Shown here piece after piece: positions 1 to 7,658 of a DNA stretch of 20,000 nt; position 1 is the first letter of the stretch; each line of letters starts with the position of its first letter. The DNA comes from an uncultured virus (IMG/VR IMGVR_UViG_3300035181_000912) (Duplodnaviria; Heunggongvirae; Uroviricota; Caudoviricetes). The stretch lies in IMG/VR virus record IMGVR_UViG_3300035181_000912. One strand, 5' to 3'. A program made the position numbers and the translations under genes. Under the pieces are notes generated by a model, which worked only from the letters and a program-made list of their open reading frames with translations, ran no database searches and was not told where the DNA came from.

Positions 1-2
1 GC

Positions 3-911
3 ATCAAGCTGGCCCTCGAGAACAAGCACCTGAGCAACTTCATGTCGCTCACCGCGCCTGTTCACCCGGACGCGGGGAACCTGTTCAAGTGGGATAACAA
101 CTTCGCTTGGTCTTACGACGGCGAGGTGACCGACTCGATCAAGGAACGCGTCAAGGCCGCGGGCGGTAACGTCACTGGCACGATGCGCGTCTCGCTCGGG
201 TGGCACAATTTCGACGACCTCGACCTCCATGTGATCGAACCCAACGGGAACCGAATCTCCTTCTACAACAAGTGCAACAAGCTGGACGTGGACATGAACG
301 CGGGCGGCCATCATTCGCGTGATCCCGTCGAGAACGTGACGTGGCAAGGCAAGCTGGCCGATGGTGAGTACCAGGTCATCGTCAACCAGTACATGAAGCG
401 GGAATCCGTTGACGTCGGGTTCACGCTCGAGGTTGAGTATGCCGGATACATCAAGCAGTACTCGATGCCGACGTCCCCGACTGGTGAACTGTACTGCCTC
501 AAGCTGAAGGTCCAGTCGGGCAAGCTGGCTGAGGTCACCATGCTGAAGAAGATGACCGTCGGGTCGTCGTCGCAAGAGAAGTGGGGCGTATCGTCGCAGA
601 GGCTCATCCCGGTCGACACGCTGATGCTGTCCCCGAACTTCTGGGATGGGCAGACCATCGGCAACAAGCACTGGTTCTTCATGCTTCACGGCCTGAAGAA
701 CCCCAACGCCACCCGCGGGATCTACAACGAGTTCCTGCGTTCGACCCTCGACCCGCACCGGAAGGTCTTCGAGGTGCTGGGCGCGCGGACCAAGTGCCTG
801 CCTGCCGATGACCAGCTGTCTGGTGTCGGCTTCTCGTCAACCCGTGGCGACCGGGCTACCGTCGTCGTCAATGAGTCGGGCAAGTCCCACGCATTCAACG
901 TCCAATTCTGA
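3..911 (+). CDS. Conserved phage protein, C-terminal part (YfaP/DUF2135-like 'DDLDLHVIEP...LDVDMN...PVENV' domain); 5'-truncated by window edge
   Basis: Frame is open from position 3 (IKLALENKHLSNFM...). Motifs SLGWHNFDDLDLHVIEP, LDVDMNAGG and PVENVTW resemble DUF2135/YfaP. Confidence 0.7.
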   Translation: MKLALENKHLSNFMSLTAPVHPDAGNLFKWDNNFAWSYDGEVTDSIKERVKAAGGNVTGTMRVSLGWHNFDDLDLHVIEPNGNRISFYNKCNKLDVDMNAGGHHSRDPVENVTWQGKLADGEYQVIVNQYMKRESVDVGFTLEVEYAGYIKQYSMPTSPTGELYCLKLKVQSGKLAEVTMLKKMTVGSSSQEKWGVSSQRLIPVDTLMLSPNFWDGQTIGNKHWFFMLHGLKNPNATRGIYNEFLRSTLDPHRKVFEVLGARTKCLPADDQLSGVGFSSTRGDRATVVVNESGKSHAFNVQF

Positions 912-922
912 GGAGAACAGCC

Positions 923-1339
923 ATGGACATCTTCGAAACTGCTTCCCGCAAGAAGCTCCGCTTCGCCTCCGTCAAGGGAGAGCTGACCACCGAGCAGCTG
1001 TGGGATCTGCCGTTGCTCATGGGCGGCGTCACTCGTGATGTCAAGGCCGACCTGGACACCATCGCGCGCGACGTGAACTCGGCGCTGAAGGTGGTCACGG
1101 AAGAATCCTTCGTCGCCATTCAGGTCAACCCGCGCAAGGCGGAGCTGACGCTCAAACTGGATATCCTGAAGCATATCATCTCGGTGAAGCTCGAGGAGCA
1201 GGAAACCCGCAAGGCCGCGGCGGCGAAAGCCGAGAAGCGCCAGAAGCTGCTCGAGGCGCTGGCCGCAAAGGAGGATGCTGAACTCGGCGCCAAGTCGAAG
1301 GAAGACATCCTGAAGGAGCTGGCCGCGCTCGACGCATAG
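923..1339 (+). CDS. Conserved phage hypothetical protein (coiled-coil C-terminus)
   Basis: GAGGAG SD upstream. N-terminal FETASRKKLRF..KGELTTEQLWDLPL motif recalled from phage proteins encoded next to the upstream family. Confidence 0.8.
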   Translation: MDIFETASRKKLRFASVKGELTTEQLWDLPLLMGGVTRDVKADLDTIARDVNSALKVVTEESFVAIQVNPRKAELTLKLDILKHIISVKLEEQETRKAAAAKAEKRQKLLEALAAKEDAELGAKSKEDILKELAALDA

Positions 1340-1395
1340 GCCCGCCCTGAGTGCATAGCACCGAGCAGGTGAAAGGCCTGCATCTTATTCCGTGG

Positions 1396-1425
1396 TTGCC
1401 TAACGTGCGGTAGCAACCGTATAAC
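1396..1425 (+). promoter_or_regulatory. Putative sigma70-like promoter TTGCCT-N18-TATAAC, overlapped by ATAACTTACTTAT box (1421-1433)
   Basis: AT-rich intergenic gap; hexamers read directly from the sequence. Confidence 0.5.
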
Positions 1426-1451
1426 TTACTTATCAGCAACAGAGATGAACC

Positions 1452-1505
1452 ATGAAAGCAAGTGAACTCGCTACCATCGAGCATGTGGAGTCGCTAGTCC
1501 AATGA
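1452..1505 (+). CDS. 17-aa micro-ORF MKASELATIEHVESLVQ (not in ORF track)
   Basis: Preceded by the conserved AGCAACAGAGA leader. Its TGA overlaps the ATG at 1502 (ATGA). Confidence 0.5.
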   Translation: MKASELATIEHVESLVQ

Positions 1506-1882
1506 ACCGCAGATCACTCCTCGCGCTGATGGGCGGCGCTGTGACAGTTCCATCCATCGGTGTGAAGGCCGCGGCGTCCGCCTTAGGCGTCGAGACGGCC
1601 TTGCTCTCGGGCGCTCTCGACGGTCCTGAGCCAGGAGCTTACGCGACGGGCCTCAACAGCAATGGCTGGTGGGGCTCGCCCCTACAGATGGCCCTCGACG
1701 CGAGAGAGAGCACGAACCACGACATGGCCAACGGGAACGCTTATCCCCATATGAAGTCCTGGGGCCGCGGCTTCCGCACGTCGGTGGTCGAACTGGACAA
1801 TCTCATCCTGATGATGTATCGCCAGAAGATGCGGGAGGATGCCGACTTCCGAGAGCGCGTCCTCGCTGCCTTTGGAGTGTGA
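1502..1882 (+). CDS. Hypothetical protein with twin-arginine (Tat)-like signal peptide
   Basis: MNRRSLLALMGGAVTVPSIGVKAAASA: RR motif, hydrophobic stretch and AxA site. Confidence 0.7.
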   Translation: MNRRSLLALMGGAVTVPSIGVKAAASALGVETALLSGALDGPEPGAYATGLNSNGWWGSPLQMALDARESTNHDMANGNAYPHMKSWGRGFRTSVVELDNLILMMYRQKMREDADFRERVLAAFGV

Positions 1883-1886
1883 ACCC

Positions 1887-2309
1887 ATGACCCTTTCCAA
1901 TCGCGCGCAGAAGCTGCTCGAACGCGTCAAGGTCGGCGAGTGGTACCGCGCCTATGAACCCAACCTGCCAAAGTCCATGCAGGAGCTGGTCGAGGCGGGC
2001 CTCGTCACAATCGGCTGCCGCCATCCTGTCCTCGTTTCGGCCTACATCCCGACCAGCGACTATACGCCGGGGATCGAAGAGAAGTTTGGTACGTCGGCGG
2101 GATCAGTCGACCTGACCTTGCCCGCGGGCTGGTGGTTGTACCGGCTCGATCACGAGCACACCCGAATCATCTACGCGGTCGACATCCACAAACCGATGGG
2201 ATGGTACTGCGCGATCCAGCACACCAGCGGCGGTCGCCTGTCTGAAGGTCACGGCGAGACGCCACAGGCTGCTGTCCAAGCAGCCATCAACGGGAGGCAA
2301 GAGCCGTGA
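1887..2309 (+). CDS. Hypothetical protein
   Basis: ATG at 1887 follows GGAG and the upstream stop; normal codon usage. Confidence 0.7.
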   Translation: MTLSNRAQKLLERVKVGEWYRAYEPNLPKSMQELVEAGLVTIGCRHPVLVSAYIPTSDYTPGIEEKFGTSAGSVDLTLPAGWWLYRLDHEHTRIIYAVDIHKPMGWYCAIQHTSGGRLSEGHGETPQAAVQAAINGRQEP

Positions 2310-2407
2310 TCCGAGACGACAAGCGCTTCCGCGTCTGCCAGGTCGTCTACCGACCAATCTAGGGCACCTACTGGCCCTTCATCATACTACAGGAGGAAAT
2401 CCGATGA
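2306..2407 (+). pseudogene. 33-codon ORF interrupted by an in-frame TAG at 2360-2362 (MIRDDKRFRVCQVVYRPI*GTYWPFIILQEEIR)
   Basis: GGGAGG SD. GTGA overlap with the upstream stop and ATGA overlap with the downstream start, both in the same frame across the TAG. Confidence 0.55.
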
Positions 2408-2628
2408 AGTGCATAGTTCGACACTGGGGTGGGGCTGGCTGGTGCTACCTAACCCCACGTCGCAACACTGGTCGGATGTATGAGGACCGCTCGACCTGGG
2501 CAGACAGCGTCGAGGAGGCGAAGGTCTTCCAATCGAAAGGCGCCGCGTCGAATTCCGCGCGTCAGAACTTGGGGCATGACAACTTCGAGGTCTGCCCTAT
2601 CACCTTTACAGTAGGAGAACCGATATGA
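2404..2628 (+). CDS. Hypothetical protein
   Basis: AGGAGG SD; ATGA coupling to the next gene. Confidence 0.75.
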   Translation: MKCIVRHWGGAGWCYLTPRRNTGRMYEDRSTWADSVEEAKVFQSKGAASNSARQNLGHDNFEVCPITFTVGEPI

Positions 2629-2948
2629 TCAAGATCTCTGAGGACCCACTGACTCTTGCCGATACAGAGCTCCTCGTGATGCTCATGGAAGAAGCTGCCG
2701 AGGTGCAGCAGGCCATTGCGAAAGTTCTCCGGCATGGCTTCTACAGCTACCACCCGGACGACCTCGAGCAGAAGACAAACCGAGAGCTCCTTGAAAAAGA
2801 GCTGGCCGATGTCTTCACCGTTCACCGCATGCTGACAGACGCCAACGTGCTCCGTGAGGTCACCGAGAAAGACATCCATGACACTTGCCTCCGCAAGATC
2901 GTCTGGACACACTACCAAGAACCTGAAGGGGTTGAGGATGACGACTGA
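2625..2948 (+). CDS. MazG-like NTP pyrophosphohydrolase
   Basis: LMEEAAEVQQAIAK...LEKELADV matches the EExxE...ExxD MazG/all-alpha NTP-PPase motif. Confidence 0.75.
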   Translation: MIKISEDPLTLADTELLVMLMEEAAEVQQAIAKVLRHGFYSYHPDDLEQKTNRELLEKELADVFTVHRMLTDANVLREVTEKDIHDTCLRKIVWTHYQEPEGVEDDD

Positions 2949-3240
2949 GAAACCAGAGCTGACCTACGAGACTCTCGACGTCGACCGCTGGAAGCCGGAC
3001 GACGATCTCCTGGGCATCAAACTGCTGCACCTAGGCAACCGGAAGACCTATATCGTGGTCGGGTTCGCCTGGATGGGTGCGACGGATCACTGGGGCTTCC
3101 TTCACCAGGAGGTGCGGCCTGACGGTCAACGCGGCGTGATGCTGTGCCGACCCATGTCCCACATTGAGGGCGAACGCTCGAACGGCGAAAGGCGCTACCA
3201 TGTCCTCAACCACCGCCGCGGGCAGGAGCAGATCCTGTAA
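2938..3240 (+). CDS. Hypothetical protein
   Basis: Likely start ATG 2938 (MTTEKPELTYE...), short overlap with the upstream gene. Confidence 0.7.
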   Translation: MTTEKPELTYETLDVDRWKPDDDLLGIKLLHLGNRKTYIVVGFAWMGATDHWGFLHQEVRPDGQRGVMLCRPMSHIEGERSNGERRYHVLNHRRGQEQIL

Positions 3241-3269
3241 TCCCGTCTACTCAACGTCAAGGAGTTGAC

Positions 3270-4241
3270 ATGCTGAAAGATACCAACCCGAAGGACGCCG
3301 TGGGCGTTCGCAAGTGGCGGCAATACTGCACGGTGCCCACGACCATCATCTGGGAACTTGGCGTCGCCATGCTCGAAGGCGCGCGCAAGTACGGACGCCA
3401 TAACTACCGGGTGGCTGGGGTTCGCGCGTCGGTTTACGTTGATGCGGCAAAGGGCCATATTGACTCCTGGTGGGAAGGTGAAGATATCGACGCGGACAGC
3501 GGCCTGTCTCACGTCACGAAGGCCATGGCGTCGCTCGCGGTCCTTCGGGATGCCATGATCAATGACATGCTGACCGACGACCGCCCGCCGAAGGTCAAAG
3601 GGTTCGAGTCGTTCAAGGCCAACATGCAGAAGGCCGTTGAGTCGATCATGGAGCGCCATCCGGATGCCTGCGAGCCCTTCACAGAGCTGGGTCAGCAGGC
3701 GGTTCGCGCGGTCGTCCCTACCATCACGCGTGAAGAGGTCGAATCCCGGTTGCTCGAGGAGCGCTCGAGGGCTACTCTGGTTGCAAAGGCCGGAGGCGAG
3801 GTTCAGGGGACGATCTACGAGTCAGAGCCCGACGGCCGTTGCGCCTACGTCGTCGCGCACCGCTTCGTGGGCATCGAGTTCGTGGATCCCGACCATCTCG
3901 AGTTCGACCGGATGCACATCTGGGCAGGCCTTACGACCAAGCAGCTGTGCCAGCTCGTCCGCGCGGAGGCGAAGGACGGTGGAGGGTGCGGGATGAACCA
4001 CGAGAGCAAGACGGGCAACCTGAGGATCTACCGGCCTGATCAGTTCGACGGGCTGCTTATCCGTGTCGTGGATCGCATCTCGCAGCAGCCATCGCGCGAG
4101 GCTGAACTGCACTGGGACTTCGGCACGGCAACGTGCAAGTCACGCTTGACGGAGGAGCAGTGGAAGCTGGCCATCCCGGAGCTCAAATCTGTTCACGTCA
4201 AACCGTACCACGGCGCGATTGGTCGCGCCATCAACAAGTAG
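3270..4241 (+). CDS. dATP/dGTP diphosphohydrolase-like (DUF5664-type) N-terminal domain fused to an unknown C-terminal domain
   Basis: NPKDAVG..K, GARKYGRHNYR, YVDAAKGHIDSWWEGEDIDADSGLSH motifs; AAGGAG SD. Confidence 0.8.
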   Translation: MLKDTNPKDAVGVRKWRQYCTVPTTIIWELGVAMLEGARKYGRHNYRVAGVRASVYVDAAKGHIDSWWEGEDIDADSGLSHVTKAMASLAVLRDAMINDMLTDDRPPKVKGFESFKANMQKAVESIMERHPDACEPFTELGQQAVRAVVPTITREEVESRLLEERSRATLVAKAGGEVQGTIYESEPDGRCAYVVAHRFVGIEFVDPDHLEFDRMHIWAGLTTKQLCQLVRAEAKDGGGCGMNHESKTGNLRIYRPDQFDGLLIRVVDRISQQPSREAELHWDFGTATCKSRLTEEQWKLAIPELKSVHVKPYHGAIGRAINK

Positions 4242-4250
4242 GAGGGTCCA

Positions 4251-4460
4251 ATGAAGGTCCACGAACTAGCCTCGGCCATGGCGAAGATGGTCGAGCAGGG
4301 CCACGATGAAGCCGAGGTCTGTCACGTCAACGACACGGGCAAAGCCACGGTCATCTGCGGTTGGCAGCTGGTCACGGATGCCGGCTGGGACAGCCAGAAA
4401 GGCATCCACGAGCCGCATGAGGGGTCCCAGCTGAGGCTCTTCACCACGAGTCCTTTCTGA
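4251..4460 (+). CDS. Hypothetical protein
   Basis: AGGAGG SD; TGATG coupling to the next gene. Confidence 0.7.
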   Translation: MKVHELASAMAKMVEQGHDEAEVCHVNDTGKATVICGWQLVTDAGWDSQKGIHEPHEGSQLRLFTTSPF

Positions 4461-4693
4461 TGCTGCCCCTTCGCATCTCGAACGCAACGCGCATCCTGGC
4501 GGAAACCCAGGATGAGTACTACGCCCTCGCTATCCTCGACGAAGTAGTCGAGGGTCAGGCGCAAATGACGTCTGTCTGGGAACCCACGCTGAAGGAGCTG
4601 GCCGATCTGAACGCGGGCGGCGCCGTTCGGTTGACCATCCTCGGCAAGCATCATCCACCCGTGATGCTGACAACGCAAGGGCCGCCGGGGTGA
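4460..4693 (+). CDS. Conserved phage hypothetical protein (S.WEPT..EL..LNAGG.V.L.ILG..HPPV)
   Basis: Motif recalled from small phage proteins; translationally coupled. Confidence 0.75.
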   Translation: MLPLRISNATRILAETQDEYYALAILDEVVEGQAQMTSVWEPTLKELADLNAGGAVRLTILGKHHPPVMLTTQGPPG

Positions 4694-4705
4694 GCGTTTA
4701 AACGC
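4694..4705. repeat. GCGTTTAAACGC palindrome (GTTTAAAC copy 1 of 5)
   Basis: Directly after the stop codon at 4693. Confidence 0.85.
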
Positions 4706-4769
4706 GTCAACCGGGGAATGAGGATATAAGCGAGTAGTATCCTTGTTTCGCGGTTGACATCAATTTCTG

Positions 4770-4806
4770 TTGACAGGTTCGCGAGGTAGATGTATAAGTC
4801 GGTTAT
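4770..4806 (+). promoter_or_regulatory. Near-consensus sigma70 promoter TTGACA-N17-TATAAG with overlapping ATAAGTCGGTTAT box
   Basis: -35 at 4770-4775, -10 at 4793-4798, box at 4794-4806. Confidence 0.8.
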
Positions 4807-4844
4807 AGGGTGGCACGTCGCGACCCACAGCAACGGTGATGACC

Positions 4845-5114
4845 ATGAGCACTCGACGCGTATCTTTTGAACAACTTGCCTTCGACCGCCGCCTTATGAC
4901 GCAGGCCCAACACGACAAGATTGCCGCGCTCGCTCCGCGCGGCTGGTCGATGCTCGAAAACCGGGTGATCCTGTCGGGTGATCGTGACCGCGTCGCTGTG
5001 CCGCTGACCGACGGTACCAAAACTGGCTTCGTTCTGCCGTGCGGCCGTCTCGCGCTGCCCCCGAAAGGGAAGTCGGGCGTTCGCTTGAATGACAACCTGG
5101 AGCTGGTGTACTGA
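4845..5114 (+). CDS. Hypothetical protein
   Basis: First gene after the 4770 promoter; AGCAACGGTGA leader precedes ATG 4845 (alternative starts 4836/4839). Confidence 0.7.
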   Translation: MSTRRVSFEQLAFDRRLMTQAQHDKIAALAPRGWSMLENRVILSGDRDRVAVPLTDGTKTGFVLPCGRLALPPKGKSGVRLNDNLELVY

Positions 5115-5115
5115 G

Positions 5116-5247
5116 ATGAAGTTCATCCATGCGCCATCAACTGCCTTTGACGCGTTCGACGCGTTGCAGTCATCACCTGTGCTTGCTTACGCGTTGGGCA
5201 TCCTCGTCCTCGCGTTCGCCGCGCATAAACTGGGGGAGCTGTTCTGA
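5116..5247 (+). CDS. 43-aa putative membrane peptide (MKFIHAPSTAFDAFDALQSSPVLAYALGILVLAFAAHKLGELF)
   Basis: Translated by hand; one hydrophobic helix; TGATG coupling to the next ORF. Confidence 0.6.
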   Translation: MKFIHAPSTAFDAFDALQSSPVLAYALGILVLAFAAHKLGELF

Positions 5248-5378
5248 TGGGCTACCTGCAGCAATATGGCATCCTGTGCCTCTTCGTCGTCGCGTTCGAA
5301 CTGATGGGCCTTCCGCTGATCATGGGCATGGTCACGACGGCGGTGGGTTCGCTTGCTGAGTCGATTGCTGCTCACTGA
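5247..5378 (+). CDS. 43-aa putative membrane peptide (MGYLQQYGILCLFVVAFELMGLPLIMGMVTTAVGSLAESIAAH)
   Basis: Translated by hand; GGGGAG SD; hydrophobic. Confidence 0.6.
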   Translation: MGYLQQYGILCLFVVAFELMGLPLIMGMVTTAVGSLAESIAAH

Positions 5379-5385
5379 TCGAGAC

Positions 5386-5566
5386 ACGCCTCCTGTGCCG
5401 TTCTGCGGTTGTTGCCTAGCAACCGTCATAGGCCTTGGTTCGCTTGCGCGGAGGCGTCTGGAGTATGTGGCGAACCAGGGATGGGCGTCCACCGTGCGAG
5501 AACGGTAGGGCTGGAAACTTCGTCTACAGTGGGGAATGAGCCCCGTCTGGGCGTGGTTTCCAGCCC
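5386..5566 (+). ncRNA. Candidate structured RNA (three hairpins plus possible pseudoknot); strand inferred from upstream transcription
   Basis: Complementary segments 5386-5393/5450-5457, 5406-5413/5418-5425, 5433-5443/5470-5480 and 5508-5518/5556-5566. Confidence 0.35.
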
Positions 5567-5583
5567 GCTTTCATTGGTGCGGT

Positions 5584-5826
5584 GATGCGGGCTGGCGATG
5601 CGTGCTTACGCGCGCGCGTGAGACGCAATTTGGAAAAAGGATTCTCGTGGAATCCGCTTGCATCGTCTGCATCATTTCTTAGTTGTCAATGGGTTAGCTG
5701 ATGCGTGATGCAAGCGATGCGAGCGCATCACCAGAGATTGTGCTTTAGTTTCAATGGGTTTGGCGATGCAGACTTGCGGTATTAGGGTGCATCACCGTGG
5801 TGGTTTGACAGGGAATCCGGGGATTC
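5584..5826. repeat. GATGC/GCATC pentamer array with two IHF-like TCAATGGGTT repeats and two GANTC-pair inverted repeats; candidate packaging site or origin
   Basis: Ten GATGC/GCATC copies in 5584-5793; TTAGTT(G)TCAATGGGTT at 5679-5695 and 5745-5760. Confidence 0.55.
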
Positions 5827-6062
5827 TGTGCCAGGACTGAGTGATCAGGGGGATTTGTTGTTTTGAACGTCGCGCGAGTGCGTGCGTAAGGGCGGTTGAG
5901 ATTCTACCATTAGTAGGCGTCCGCACGCTGTTTCCATTCGCTGGCTGCCAGGTCGATCACGCTGAGACCTGCCTTCCTGGTCGACGTTTCCAGAAAAGCA
6001 GGATACAAGCGAGTTATCCTACTTGAGAAAGAGGATTAGAACACCTGCTTATGAGGTAGAAC

Positions 6063-6533
6063 TTGTCTGAAGAATTCAACGATGAACTGCCCATGGTGTT
6101 CTCCCACAAGACGGTCGCGTCTGACGGATCCCAGCGCGGACTGCAACGTCGCGGAGTCAAGAACAAGCGTACTAAACTCATTGAAGAGTGCCGCGCGGCC
6201 GTCGAACGAGACACCGGCATGAAGAACTGGGATCCCGTGGTCATGCTCGCCGTGATCTCGGCCCGGGCCTTCAGCGGTTATCCCGCGACCGACGAGAACG
6301 GCACGCCAATCCTGGACGCCGAGACGGGCAATCCCATCATGGTTCCACCCAATCCGGAGCTTGCCGCTGCCGTCGCGGCCAAAGCAGCCCCATATCTGCA
6401 CTCTCACCTGCGTCCCAAGGAGGTCGATCTCGACAAGGACGAAGACAAAGATCCAGGCGAGGTCAAGGAGCGAGTCCTGCAAGCGCTCGAGAACATGGGC
6501 GTCAAGGTTGTCCGCGATGAGGAGCGAACCTGA
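6063..6533 (+). CDS. terS: Probable terminase small subunit
   Basis: GVKNKRT N-terminal motif and AAKAAPYLHSHL C-terminal motif resemble phage TerS proteins; upstream of terL; TTG start after GAGGT. Confidence 0.65.
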   Translation: MSEEFNDELPMVFSHKTVASDGSQRGLQRRGVKNKRTKLIEECRAAVERDTGMKNWDPVVMLAVISARAFSGYPATDENGTPILDAETGNPIMVPPNPELAAAVAAKAAPYLHSHLRPKEVDLDKDEDKDPGEVKERVLQALENMGVKVVRDEERT

Positions 6534-6626
6534 TTCCGTGCTCGACGATGCAGAGCCTAGGCCTGTATCGTGGAGTCTCGAGTACCATCGGGCCTCGGCA
6601 GGAGTGCAATCCTCCTAGGACCGCCC

Positions 6627-6636
6627 TGTTTAAACA
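6627..6636. repeat. TGTTTAAACA palindrome (GTTTAAAC copy 2)
   Basis: Intergenic, downstream of terS. Confidence 0.85.
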
Positions 6637-6648
6637 TGGAGTAGATCA

Positions 6649-6783
6649 ATGCGCCCGCAACGTCGGTTCACCTCGCCCCCGAAGAGTATCCCCCACGCCT
6701 TCGTCATGGCGCTGGTCCTCATCCTGACCGGCTGGACAGCCTACCGGCAGGAGCACCAACTCATCCTCACGAAAAGGACCTGA
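6649..6783 (+). CDS. 44-aa putative membrane peptide (MRPQRRFTSPPKSIPHAFVMALVLILTGWTAYRQEHQLILTKRT)
   Basis: GGAG SD; translated by hand; one TM-like helix. Confidence 0.5.
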   Translation: MRPQRRFTSPPKSIPHAFVMALVLILTGWTAYRQEHQLILTKRT

Positions 6784-6788
6784 TCCGC

Positions 6789-7037
6789 ATGGACAAGCTT
6801 GCAACTGCACTCCTGACCGCCCTCGCAGGCGTCGCACTCGTCTTCTTCGCGATCATCCTGGGCACCTTGATGGGCACTCTGGGTGGTTTGGTCGTCGGCC
6901 TATTCTTCTCGGACACGATCCTGAGCACCTTGCAGCGTTTCGGCGTCAACACCGCGGGACTCGCAATGTGGCAGCTGGGCGCCACGCTCGCCTTCAGCGG
7001 TGGGTTCTTCCGCGCCGTCGTGTCGAAGGCTTCCTGA
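6789..7037 (+). CDS. Membrane protein (2-3 TM)
   Basis: Strongly hydrophobic; AAGGA SD. Confidence 0.75.
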   Translation: MDKLATALLTALAGVALVFFAIILGTLMGTLGGLVVGLFFSDTILSTLQRFGVNTAGLAMWQLGATLAFSGGFFRAVVSKAS

Positions 7038-7038
7038 C

Positions 7039-7254
7039 ATGGACGCCGCCTTCTACCTTAGCTGGTTGAAGGCTGAGATCGAGGCGGCGTGGGTCGTCGC
7101 CTCGACCTTCGAGCGCTTCATCGTGATCATCTCCGCCTTTACTGTGCCTTACGACGTCTGGCTTGGTAACTGGTTCGACCTGATCGTGGCAGCAGCTGCT
7201 ATCACCTGGGTCTGGTATTCCATCAGGAGCAACATAGGCCCTGGCGACCTATGA
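7039..7254 (+). CDS. Small membrane protein
   Basis: Start MDAAFYLSW...; two hydrophobic segments. Confidence 0.65.
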   Translation: MDAAFYLSWLKAEIEAAWVVASTFERFIVIISAFTVPYDVWLGNWFDLIVAAAAITWVWYSIRSNIGPGDL

Positions 7255-7325
7255 TCACGGCGGGGCTTCGCTTGCGGCCTTCGCAAGACCTGCGACTTCT
7301 AACCTAGACACCGAAGGAACCGAAG

Positions 7326-7658
7326 ATGTCTGAACTGCACCTCGAGTTGAACTTGGGCGAGATCGTCCACCGAGCCGTGATCCAGGGTCTCGTCGATCTC
7401 GTCAACGAGTTCCCGCGCTACCGGATGGCCGTGATCCTTGGCCTCCTGCGAGATGATCCAATCACGCGGTGCATGATCGCCGAGGAGCTGGGCGAGCAGG
7501 CTTACAAGGAACGCGACGTGGACAAAGCCGCCCAGGTGGATCTCGACCGCACCGACTTCCAGTCGAGGTCCCTGGACGAGAAGTCGTGGGACGAGATCAT
7601 GCTCGAGGTCCTCGACCGTCTGCAGCACACCCCCGGTGGCAAAGGCATGGTCGCCTGA
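7326..7658 (+). CDS. Hypothetical protein
   Basis: AAGGA SD; TGATG coupling to the next gene. Confidence 0.75.
   Translation: MSELHLELNLGEIVHRAVIQGLVDLVNEFPRYRMAVILGLLRDDPITRCMIAEELGEQAYKERDVDKAAQVDLDRTDFQSRSLDEKSWDEIMLEVLDRLQHTPGGKGMVA

Noticed and set aside
2360..2362. Genome-wide TAG recoding (genetic code 15)
   Set aside because: TAG ends 923-1339, 3270-4241, terL and 19178-19708 at sensible positions (before an SD or hairpin), and the long genes have no internal TAG.
5386..5480. HDV-like/theta ribozyme assignment
   Set aside because: Pseudoknot order and GGCGAA are suggestive, but the L3/P1.1 consensus and G1-U wobble are not evident; kept only as a generic structured-RNA candidate.
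5380..6060. tRNA or CRISPR array in the long intergenic gap
   Set aside because: No cloverleaf with a T-loop in the right geometry, and no regularly spaced 25-45 bp repeats.
6789..7037. Holin call
   Set aside because: Hydrophobicity alone; no endolysin or spanin context.
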